NCBI GenBank assembly: GCA_038727135.1
Contig: JAVYWL010000001.1
Span: 224,001-288,000 of the forward strand
Direction of reading: 5' to 3'
Origin: Candidatus Bathyarchaeia archaeon
Lineage (GTDB): Archaea; Thermoproteota; Bathyarchaeia; Bathyarchaeales; Bathycorpusculaceae
Length of the DNA stretch: 64,000 nucleotides
A program made the position numbers and the translations under genes. The notes beneath the pieces were generated by a model, which saw nothing but the letters and a program-made list of their open reading frames with translations, searched no databases and was not told the origin of the DNA. Position 1 is the stretch's first letter, and every line of letters begins with the position of its first letter. Below, piece after piece: positions 10,521 through 17,542 of the stretch.

Positions 10521-11438
10521 TTGGAAATGGCTCTTGCCGAAAAAATACTGCGGCTGAAGAAGGAGAAGAAAGCCATTATTTTGGCTCATAACTATCAGAG
10601 GCCAGAGGTTCAAGATATCGCCGACTATGTGGGAGACAGCATAGAGCTTAGCAGAAAAGCCATGGAAGAGAAAGAGGCGGAAATAATTGTTTTTGCAGCT
10701 GTGGATTTTATGGCTGAATCGGCAGCCATCCTTAATCCGGAAAAGAAGGTTTTGCTGCCCTCTGCCGGTGCCCGCTGTCCCATGGCTCAGATGCTGACGG
10801 TTGACGAGATTAAGAGGTGGCGTGTGCTTTACCCACTTGTGCCGCTGGTTTTATACGTTAACACTCTGGCTTCTGCGAAGGCTTACTGCGACGTGTGCTG
10901 CACCTCTGCCAACGCCGTTGAGGTAATAAACGCCTTGGACGCTGAAACTGTTCTTTTTGGACCAGACCACAACTTGGCGGAATACGTGCAGGAAAAGACT
11001 GGGAAGACGATTATTCCTATCCCAGAACGGGGCTTTTGTCCAACCCATCTTCTCTTCCAACCAGAAGAGGTGCAAGCTCTAAAGGCTGATTTTCCAAACG
11101 CTGTTGTCATGGTTCACCCAGAGTGCACAGCTGAAATGCGAAAAATAGCCGACTTTATTGGCAGTACATCCCAGATGTGCCGTTATGCGAGGGAGAGCAA
11201 CGCCAAAACATTTATTGTGGCGACTGAAGAGGGACTTCTGCACCGTTTACGGAAGGACAATCCGGGTAAACGTTTCGTTTTGGCTTATGAGGGTGCCGTC
11301 TGCCCCAACATGAAGCTGAACACTCTTGAAAGGATTTACACAGCCCTTAAAGAGGAGAAACACGTGGTGAAGGTTCCAGAGCCAATAGCAAGCAAAGCGA
11401 GAAAAGCCCTAGAAAAAATGTTTGAAATAACGCGTTAA
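10521..11438 (+). CDS. nadA: Quinolinate synthase
   Basis: ILAHNYQRPEVQDIADYVGDS, three Fe-S cysteines (CPMA, CPTH, CPNMK), HPEC. Confidence 0.97.
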   Translation: MEMALAEKILRLKKEKKAIILAHNYQRPEVQDIADYVGDSIELSRKAMEEKEAEIIVFAAVDFMAESAAILNPEKKVLLPSAGARCPMAQMLTVDEIKRWRVLYPLVPLVLYVNTLASAKAYCDVCCTSANAVEVINALDAETVLFGPDHNLAEYVQEKTGKTIIPIPERGFCPTHLLFQPEEVQALKADFPNAVVMVHPECTAEMRKIADFIGSTSQMCRYARESNAKTFIVATEEGLLHRLRKDNPGKRFVLAYEGAVCPNMKLNTLERIYTALKEEKHVVKVPEPIASKARKALEKMFEITR

Positions 11439-11448
11439 AAGCTCTTCC

Positions 11449-11874
11449 TTAAAGCGAAACAATCATTGTTTTGAGAAGCTTAACACCCCGCCTTGAAGAC
11501 AACTCATCGCTCAACCGCCGAATTTTAGCGGCGTCACCCTTAACCGCTATAGCCTCTAGGCAGTCTCGCTCTGTTAGGTGAATATGCATTGTTGAGGAGA
11601 TTATGTCTGCATAATGATGCTGCACATCTGTTAAGGCATCCTCCAAACCCCTAACATCATGGTCATAAAGAAGCATTAAAACCCCGGCTTGAAGGCCCTT
11701 CTCCTCCTGAAGCCACTTGCGCTCGGAAACGAAAAGCCTAACGGCATCCTGAACAGCCTTAGAACGATTCTCGTAGCCCATTCTTCGGATTACCTCATCA
11801 AAGTCCTTTAAAAGGTCTGGTGGGAAGGTTACGCTCACCCGCACTATTTTCTCTGTTTTTGCCATGGAAACCAC
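11449..11874 (-). CDS. nikR: Nickel-responsive regulator NikR
   Basis: Ribbon-helix-helix N-terminus (RVSVTFP...NRSKAV) and Ni site QH...HIH...CLE; alternative ATG at 11865. Confidence 0.95.
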   Translation of the reverse strand: MVSMAKTEKIVRVSVTFPPDLLKDFDEVIRRMGYENRSKAVQDAVRLFVSERKWLQEEKGLQAGVLMLLYDHDVRGLEDALTDVQHHYADIISSTMHIHLTERDCLEAIAVKGDAAKIRRLSDELSSRRGVKLLKTMIVSL

Positions 11875-11918
11875 GTTTTTAATTTGGTGTTTTAACCATA
11901 AAGTTTTTATGCAGATTG

Positions 11919-11946
11919 GTATTACGTTTTTAGAAAAAAGTATTAC
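11919..11946. promoter_or_regulatory. Putative NikR operator GTATTA-N16-TATTAC
   Basis: Imperfect inverted repeat with the half-site and 16-bp spacing of the E. coli NikR operator (GTATGA-N16-TCATAC); lies between a TATA-like TTTTTAT (11904-11910) and the ATG at 11958. Confidence 0.75.
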
Positions 11947-11957
11947 GATGATGAAAG

Positions 11958-12488
11958 ATGTCCCAGTTTAAACCGGTTGACATAGCAATAATAGCCATTT
12001 TCTCAGCCCTATGGGCAGCATTAAATCTGACAGTTGGACCTTTGGGATTCACACTACTTCATTTGCCAATATTTTGCGACCTCTCCGTCTATTTCACCAT
12101 GCTTTTGGCCACTTGGGCCTCCGGCAGAGCTGGAATACCCTCAATGGTCGGCGTAATAGGAGCCATAATAGTGCTGGCAATGAGACCAGCATCAACACAG
12201 ATGATAGGCTTTCTAGCTTCAGCCATCCTCTTTGACGCCCTAATGACGCTGTGTAAGCACAAAATCAAATTTAAACCCTATAATATTGCTGTGACAGCCA
12301 TTACAACAATGGTATCTGCCTATTTTGCAGGTGTGGTTATTGGAACAGTTTTCATGGCAAGATCTTTGGAGTGGGCACTAACTTTTTGGGGTGTGTGGCA
12401 CTTGATAGGCGGAATAATAGGCCTAATAATCGCCTTACCAGTGATAGGGACCCTTGAAAGGGCAAAGGTGAAAAAAGCAAATGACTAA
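11958..12488 (+). CDS. Integral membrane protein resembling an ECF transporter S component
   Basis: 176 aa, about 5-6 hydrophobic helices, AIFSA small-residue motif in helix 1; divergent from nikR. Confidence 0.65.
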   Translation: MSQFKPVDIAIIAIFSALWAALNLTVGPLGFTLLHLPIFCDLSVYFTMLLATWASGRAGIPSMVGVIGAIIVLAMRPASTQMIGFLASAILFDALMTLCKHKIKFKPYNIAVTAITTMVSAYFAGVVIGTVFMARSLEWALTFWGVWHLIGGIIGLIIALPVIGTLERAKVKKAND

Positions 12489-12930
12489 TGAAAAAGACGC
12501 CCTAACGCTTGAGATTAAAAACGCTGAAAACCTTCACGGGCATCTTGGACCATTCCTAGTTATAGGAGTGAAAATGGCTAGATTAGCAAAGAAAATACTA
12601 AAAGTAGACAGAAACAAACTATGGGACTTGCAGGTGGTGGCGGAACTCCCATTAATAACTCCTTATTCATGCATCCTTGATGGTATTCAAGCAATTACTC
12701 AATGCACCGTGGGAAACAGAAAACTCGAAGTAAGAAGTTCCGATGGAAGCGTAGTGGCAATTTTTAAACTAAAAAGTCAAAACAAAACTTTGAAAATCCA
12801 CGTAAACAATCAGGTGATAGAAATGCTGAAAGAAAAACTTGCAAAAGGCACTTCCAACGAGGACCTCGCCTGGAAAATAGCGGACACACCGGAAAACCAG
12901 CTGTTTAACGTCGAAAACGATAAATTCTAA
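12481..12930 (+). CDS. FmdE/FwdE family metal-binding protein
   Basis: HGHLGPFLVIG and SCILDGIQAITQCTVGN motifs; overlaps the upstream gene. Confidence 0.9.
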   Translation: MTNEKDALTLEIKNAENLHGHLGPFLVIGVKMARLAKKILKVDRNKLWDLQVVAELPLITPYSCILDGIQAITQCTVGNRKLEVRSSDGSVVAIFKLKSQNKTLKIHVNNQVIEMLKEKLAKGTSNEDLAWKIADTPENQLFNVENDKF

Positions 12931-13007
12931 TTTCTCTACCGTTACATTCCTAGTGTTTGGAAAGCCAAAAGTTATTATCAAGTGAAGTTGGCAAATGAAT
13001 AGGGAGC

Positions 13008-13427
13008 GTGAAGTTTATATCAGGAAATGACATTGAACTGAGACATATTAGAGAAAGAAAACTGCGCGAGTTAATGAAAGAGCTTGAGGAGAAGAAAAGT
13101 TTGGGTGGACAAGTAATCCATATTACAGATTCAAATTTTGAGGAAGTTGTGAGCAAAAACCCGCTTGTCCTTATTGACTTTTTTGCGGATTGGTGCATGC
13201 CATGCAGAATGATGGCGCCAGTGATAGAGGAACTGGCAAAAGAGTATGCTGGAAAAGTTCTTGTCGGAAAGCTTAACGTGGACGAAAATCCAGCAACAGC
13301 CGACCGCTTTCAGGTTTTCAGCATACCAACCCTTGTAATCCTGAAAGCTGGAGAAGAAGTTGATAGAATAGTGGGCTTTGTTCCGAAAATTCAAGTTGAA
13401 GCCCGCCTCAAAAAATATTTGGAGTGA
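13008..13427 (+). CDS. trxA: Thioredoxin
   Basis: [10 protein letters not shown] active site and SIPT cis-Pro motif. Confidence 0.93.
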   Translation: MKFISGNDIELRHIRERKLRELMKELEEKKSLGGQVIHITDSNFEEVVSKNPLVLIDFFADWCMPCRMMAPVIEELAKEYAGKVLVGKLNVDENPATADRFQVFSIPTLVILKAGEEVDRIVGFVPKIQVEARLKKYLE

Positions 13428-13435
13428 AAAAGATC

Positions 13436-13576
13436 ATGGACTTGCACGAGCGCAGGGTTATAGGCGCCCTCCTACTGCTTTTAGGCGTATCCCTATTTGC
13501 CATAGGTTTGTACACTGGTCAGTTGAATGCTGTTATTGAGCTTTTAAAGAAGGCCTTCAGACCTTTAGGCTTTTAG
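13436..13576 (+). CDS. Small single-pass membrane protein (46 aa)
   Basis: Manual translation MDLHERRVIGALLLLLGVSLFAIGLYTGQLNAVIELLKKAFRPLGF*; GGAGTG upstream; fills the gap between trxA and the next gene. Below the ORF-track cutoff. Confidence 0.7.
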   Translation: MDLHERRVIGALLLLLGVSLFAIGLYTGQLNAVIELLKKAFRPLGF

Positions 13577-13623
13577 GCAGAAAATGAAAAACAATCTAGT
13601 TGGTTTATTCTTGGGGTGAACGT

Positions 13624-14190
13624 ATGAGTCCAAAAATTGAAAGCGAAAATGGCCAGAAAGAGGCCATCCTTATGGTGGCAAAACTTATGCTAGCCGCAGC
13701 TAGAACAGCCCCAAAAACAGCCGGGATGGACGATGTCTTAACACTGATCGTCTACGGTGAGGAAAAGGACGCTATAGCCGAAAAAATGGAAGAAATAGCC
13801 GAGCAAAGAAAGATTGAAGGTTTTAAACGAGACGCAAAAAATGTGAGAGACTCTGAAGCCATAGTCCTAATAGGAGTTAGGGGGAGTAAAAGCCTAGGAT
13901 TTAATTGTGGAGCATGCGGCTACAGGAACTGTGGTGAATTTGAAGAAGCCCAAAAACAGGCGGGACAAGACTTTACTGGTCCAACATGCCTTTTTAAGGC
14001 TTTAGACCTTGGGATAGCCTTAGGCTCAGCCGTTAAAATTGCAAGCATTTTAAACATTGACAACCGCATAATGTACCGTATAGGCACGGCAGCATTAAAG
14101 CTGAACTTGCTACCAGAGGCAACAGTTGCGATGGGCATACCGCTTTCGGCAAAGGGCAAAAACATATATTTTGACAGAAAATGGCCCTAA
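13624..14190 (+). CDS. Ferredoxin-domain protein (DUF2148-like)
   Basis: AARTAPK, NCGACGY.NC, C...DLGIALGSA and IDNRIMYRIG motifs; ATG 13624 follows GGGGTGA. Confidence 0.85.
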   Translation: MSPKIESENGQKEAILMVAKLMLAAARTAPKTAGMDDVLTLIVYGEEKDAIAEKMEEIAEQRKIEGFKRDAKNVRDSEAIVLIGVRGSKSLGFNCGACGYRNCGEFEEAQKQAGQDFTGPTCLFKALDLGIALGSAVKIASILNIDNRIMYRIGTAALKLNLLPEATVAMGIPLSAKGKNIYFDRKWP

Positions 14191-14198
14191 AGTTCGTT

Positions 14199-14807
14199 TT
14201 AACTTTGGCTTTTCATTTTTTCATACATTTTCTCCAAAGTCCACTTGACACTCGACTTAAGCTCTCTTAGGCGTTCAGCATCAAAATTTTTGACGTGGAT
14301 TTCGCGGATTATTTCGCCGTCTCTAACAATGTTGTAGGAGAAAATTTCTTCTGGCTTAAGCTTTCCAGCTTTGGCCAGTTCGCTGTCTTTCTGCTGCATT
14401 TTTGCTAAAACCCTTTCCACCAGAAATTGGTTAAAAGGCGGAGTATTAACATTGAACTTTTTGTCTTCAGCTAAAACAATTTTTAGAAAGCCTTCACCAA
14501 CATAGAGTGTCGCAAGCGGTTCGCCAGCGGCAGTTTTCAAAGGAGTAACTTCCTTAAACTCTGGCATCTGCACTGATGGCTGAATCACCATCTCCTCTTC
14601 TTTTGCTGGCATAGCTACCGCTGGTGGCGTCGGCGCTGGAGCTTTAACGATTTCAGCCCGCTTAAAACCCTTAGCCAAGAGAACAGAGTTTACAGCCTCC
14701 AAAATTGATTTTAGCTCTTTAAGCTCTGATTCAAGCTTTTCAACTCTTCTTTCAAGCCTCTTTTTGAAGGCTAGAAGCCTCTTAACCTCTTCAGCCTCTT
14801 CAGACAT
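14199..14807 (-). CDS. Hypothetical protein: N-terminal coiled coil, Pro-rich linker, globular C-terminal domain
   Basis: 202-aa ORF with heptad pattern and PAPTPP linker. Confidence 0.75.
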   Translation of the reverse strand: MSEEAEEVKRLLAFKKRLERRVEKLESELKELKSILEAVNSVLLAKGFKRAEIVKAPAPTPPAVAMPAKEEEMVIQPSVQMPEFKEVTPLKTAAGEPLATLYVGEGFLKIVLAEDKKFNVNTPPFNQFLVERVLAKMQQKDSELAKAGKLKPEEIFSYNIVRDGEIIREIHVKNFDAERLRELKSSVKWTLEKMYEKMKSQS

Positions 14808-14876
14808 GCCCGCTCACAGCTAGAATATATGCGGCGTTTTGCTTATCAAATCTTTGATTAAAATAAACTAAAAGGT

Positions 14877-15377
14877 TTAAAGGGTCTCCGCCAGTGTGCA
14901 ATCTTCAAGACGCGGCTTTAGGTTAACGTACTCTTCAATTTTTACTCCAAACTCCCTTTCAAGAAAGTTTTCAAACTCTTGAAAGACGTTGCTGTCAGTA
15001 AAATTCAGTTTAACACAAGTGTTCCGCCCCTCCGTAAAGGGACTCAAATCATAGAGGGCAACCCTTTTTGAAAGCTCGGGATTCTCAAGGAAAAAGTTTA
15101 AGAGGCTTTGGGGCGGCGTTTCAGAGAAAACCCAAGCCATATAAGAGGCTTCAACAACACGATAAGATAAGCCTTCACGAACAACACACTTTCTGTTTTG
15201 GGCTATATTACGGAAGGATGAAGGGTGAATGTTTCGAGTTAATAGGAAATTGTGATATTTGTGGTCAACCTCAACCCAATCCTCGCTTTCAGAAGTTCTC
15301 CAACCCAGGAACCTGCAAGTCTCCTTAAACTTTTTCAGAATTTCCCAAATCCTTGATGTTTTCATCTTCTGCCACAA
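14877..15377 (-). CDS. Hypothetical protein
   Basis: 166-aa ORF with protein-like composition; start uncertain. Confidence 0.7.
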   Translation of the reverse strand: MWQKMKTSRIWEILKKFKETCRFLGWRTSESEDWVEVDHKYHNFLLTRNIHPSSFRNIAQNRKCVVREGLSYRVVEASYMAWVFSETPPQSLLNFFLENPELSKRVALYDLSPFTEGRNTCVKLNFTDSNVFQEFENFLEREFGVKIEEYVNLKPRLEDCTLAETL

Positions 15378-15452
15378 ACCTCTCTGTTAGAATCTTCTAG
15401 AGAATATTCTATCCCACAGATTTAAACTTATTTGCCAGTTTATCTGCAAAAA

Positions 15453-15660
15453 TGTAGGTTTAAAAATTCAAAATTGAAAAGTTGTAGGCTAAAAATTATT
15501 TTTTAGACAATTTTCCGAAAAATGAAAGGACTACTGCGAGGTATTTTATGGAATAAGGACACATTAGTGGATTACCAGAGCGTTCCGTTGCATTCTCCGG
15601 TGATATTTAATCGAACATTTTCCGATTGTAAGCGGAAATTTTCTACACTTTTCCGACAAC
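15453..15660. promoter_or_regulatory. Repeated candidate regulator sites upstream of the Lrp gene
   Basis: TTTTCCGA at 15511, 15618 and 15649; inverted repeat TTTCCG-N8-CGGAAA at 15619-15638; TGTAGG..AAAAATT at 15453 and 15483. Confidence 0.45.
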
Positions 15661-15716
15661 AAACAATATATTTCTAGCCGTATTTCTAGATAGGAAGCGC
15701 TCAGCAGGGCTGAGGT

Positions 15717-16238
15717 TTGCGCGTCAAAAATAACATGTTAAGCCTTGACTCAACAGACATTAAAATATTGGAAATGCTACAGGAAGATGCAAGGCAAACC
15801 TACACAACCATTGGCAAACGCCTCGGAATAGCCCACTCCACAGTCTACGACAGAATAAAGCGAATGGAGCAACACGGCGTAATAAAAAAGTACACCGCGC
15901 TTATAGACGCTGAAAAAACCGGAGTCAAAAACATAACAGCCATAATGACAATAATCACAGACCCAAAAGAAAGCGAGAAAGTAGCAGAAAAACTCTGCAC
16001 AGTCCCGCAGGTCACAGAGGTCTACACATCCCTATCAGAGGAACTCCAAATAATAGCAAAAGTAATAGCCGAAAGCCAAGAAAGCCTCCACGAGTTCATC
16101 GCAAGCACAGTTGCGCCGCTACCTGGAGTTCTGCGAATCCGAACATCAATAGTTACAAAAAAGTTTAAGGAAACCCAACCTTTAATAGTAAATGACCCGA
16201 AAAAGTTAACACCAACAGAAAACAAAAATGAGCAATAA
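15717..16238 (+). CDS. Lrp/AsnC family transcriptional regulator
   Basis: LDSTDIKILEMLQEDAR..HTH..RIKRMEQHGVIK plus a C-terminal RAM domain. Confidence 0.93.
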   Translation: MRVKNNMLSLDSTDIKILEMLQEDARQTYTTIGKRLGIAHSTVYDRIKRMEQHGVIKKYTALIDAEKTGVKNITAIMTIITDPKESEKVAEKLCTVPQVTEVYTSLSEELQIIAKVIAESQESLHEFIASTVAPLPGVLRIRTSIVTKKFKETQPLIVNDPKKLTPTENKNEQ

Positions 16239-16593
16239 GAAGGAAGAAACAAAAGTGAAAAACGAAACGGAAATAAAAGCCCTAAAAACCGTTCCAAGAG
16301 AGAAAGCCTTCTACTTCTTCACATCAATAGGAAATTACACTGGCGAAAGCGCCTCATCCCTAAAAGAGTTTATGGAAAAAATAAACGAAGTTAATGTAAA
16401 ATCTTTAGAGTTTCATCTCTACCGCGGAGACTTCGAAAAATGGATAAACGAAGTTCTGGAAGACGCTGCACTAGCTGAAGAAGTGAGAAAATTGAAAACA
16501 GCAAACTTGACAGGAGAAAGCCTTCGAAACCAATTATACATAACGGTAGCTAGAGAATTAAAGCGTTTAACAAACGCAGTCTCACCCACATAA
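16228..16593 (+). CDS. DUF5752-like protein
   Basis: AFYFFTSIG...ASSLKEF...SLEFHLYRGDFEKWINEVL motif. Confidence 0.8.
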   Translation: MSNKKEETKVKNETEIKALKTVPREKAFYFFTSIGNYTGESASSLKEFMEKINEVNVKSLEFHLYRGDFEKWINEVLEDAALAEEVRKLKTANLTGESLRNQLYITVARELKRLTNAVSPT

Positions 16594-17486
16594 AAATTCT
16601 TATACAATGCTGATTTTAAGGAAGCTTCTGATTCTTGCGCTTCTTTAATCAAGTCCGATATTTTCAAGCTCCTAACAGGTGGAGAGTCAGGATAAAATCG
16701 GAGATGTGAAGGAATTTTAAACGACCAATCCGGATAGGCCCCTCCAACGGCTTGCTCTATAGTTTTATTTCCATAGAAAAGGCGTTGTATCAGTTTTATT
16801 ATTTCCCAATCTGAATGCGTTATTGAAACCCAGCTATCCCAGCCTATATAAACAGTTGCACCCTTACTACGGAAAGCTTCCGCCATATGTATACCTGCCG
16901 TTTGATTCAGGGTTTGACATCCCATCGCAATAACTATGCTCTTTGGAAAAGTGCCCTCTAACTCCTTTACGAAATCTGGTGTGAAAGCAAAATACTCTTT
17001 AATTGTTCCGGAAATATTTAGCTCGCCCTTAACCAGAAGCCCTTCATTTTGTAGTTCTGCATATTTCGTTTCATCATACCGTTCAGATGTAAAGAAGTCT
17101 ACTGTTGAACCGTCTTTTCGCAGTGCAGCATGGGTTCTTAAAATTATTATGCCATAATTGCCTTTAGCCAGCTTCTTGAAAAATTCAACTTTCGTCTGAG
17201 TATGATTGTAATATTCAACTGTAAAATTGTATTTTTTCAAAATGGTGGTCGTGACGTTAACAAAAGTTTTGTTGTAAAAGTCTTCGCTAAGTTGGTCGAT
17301 TATTGTAGCTCTAAGTGAGAACTTAATCTCGCCCTCTGAGGCTCGCCAGAAAAACTGGTATATTACGGCGCCCAGAATTATGATGACAGCTAGGGTTATT
17401 GAAACTACTAGCAATTTCTTGTTTAGTAGGGATTTCTTCGCCTCTTTTTCCTGAACTTTCTTAATTTTCCGAGTTTTTTCTGGCAT
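16419..17486 (-). CDS. N-terminally membrane-anchored protein with a caspase/CHAT-like (clan CD) pattern
   Basis: Basic N-terminus plus TM helix; IIILRTHA, IVIAMGC and YIGWD strand motifs; 3' end overlaps the opposite gene by 175 nt. Confidence 0.6.
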   Translation of the reverse strand: MPEKTRKIKKVQEKEAKKSLLNKKLLVVSITLAVIIILGAVIYQFFWRASEGEIKFSLRATIIDQLSEDFYNKTFVNVTTTILKKYNFTVEYYNHTQTKVEFFKKLAKGNYGIIILRTHAALRKDGSTVDFFTSERYDETKYAELQNEGLLVKGELNISGTIKEYFAFTPDFVKELEGTFPKSIVIAMGCQTLNQTAGIHMAEAFRSKGATVYIGWDSWVSITHSDWEIIKLIQRLFYGNKTIEQAVGGAYPDWSFKIPSHLRFYPDSPPVRSLKISDLIKEAQESEASLKSALYKNFYVGETAFVKRFNSLATVMYNWFRRLSPVKFAVFNFLTSSASAASSRTSFIHFSKSPR

Positions 17487-17542
17487 GGGTTGGAGTAACC
17501 TTTAACAGGGTTTCTTATGGATAGAATATGAGAAGTTGAGGG

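Noticed and set aside
11948-11954. ATGATGA resembling a C box
   Set aside because: It lies at the start of a coding gene with no suitably spaced D box or rRNA-complementary guide.
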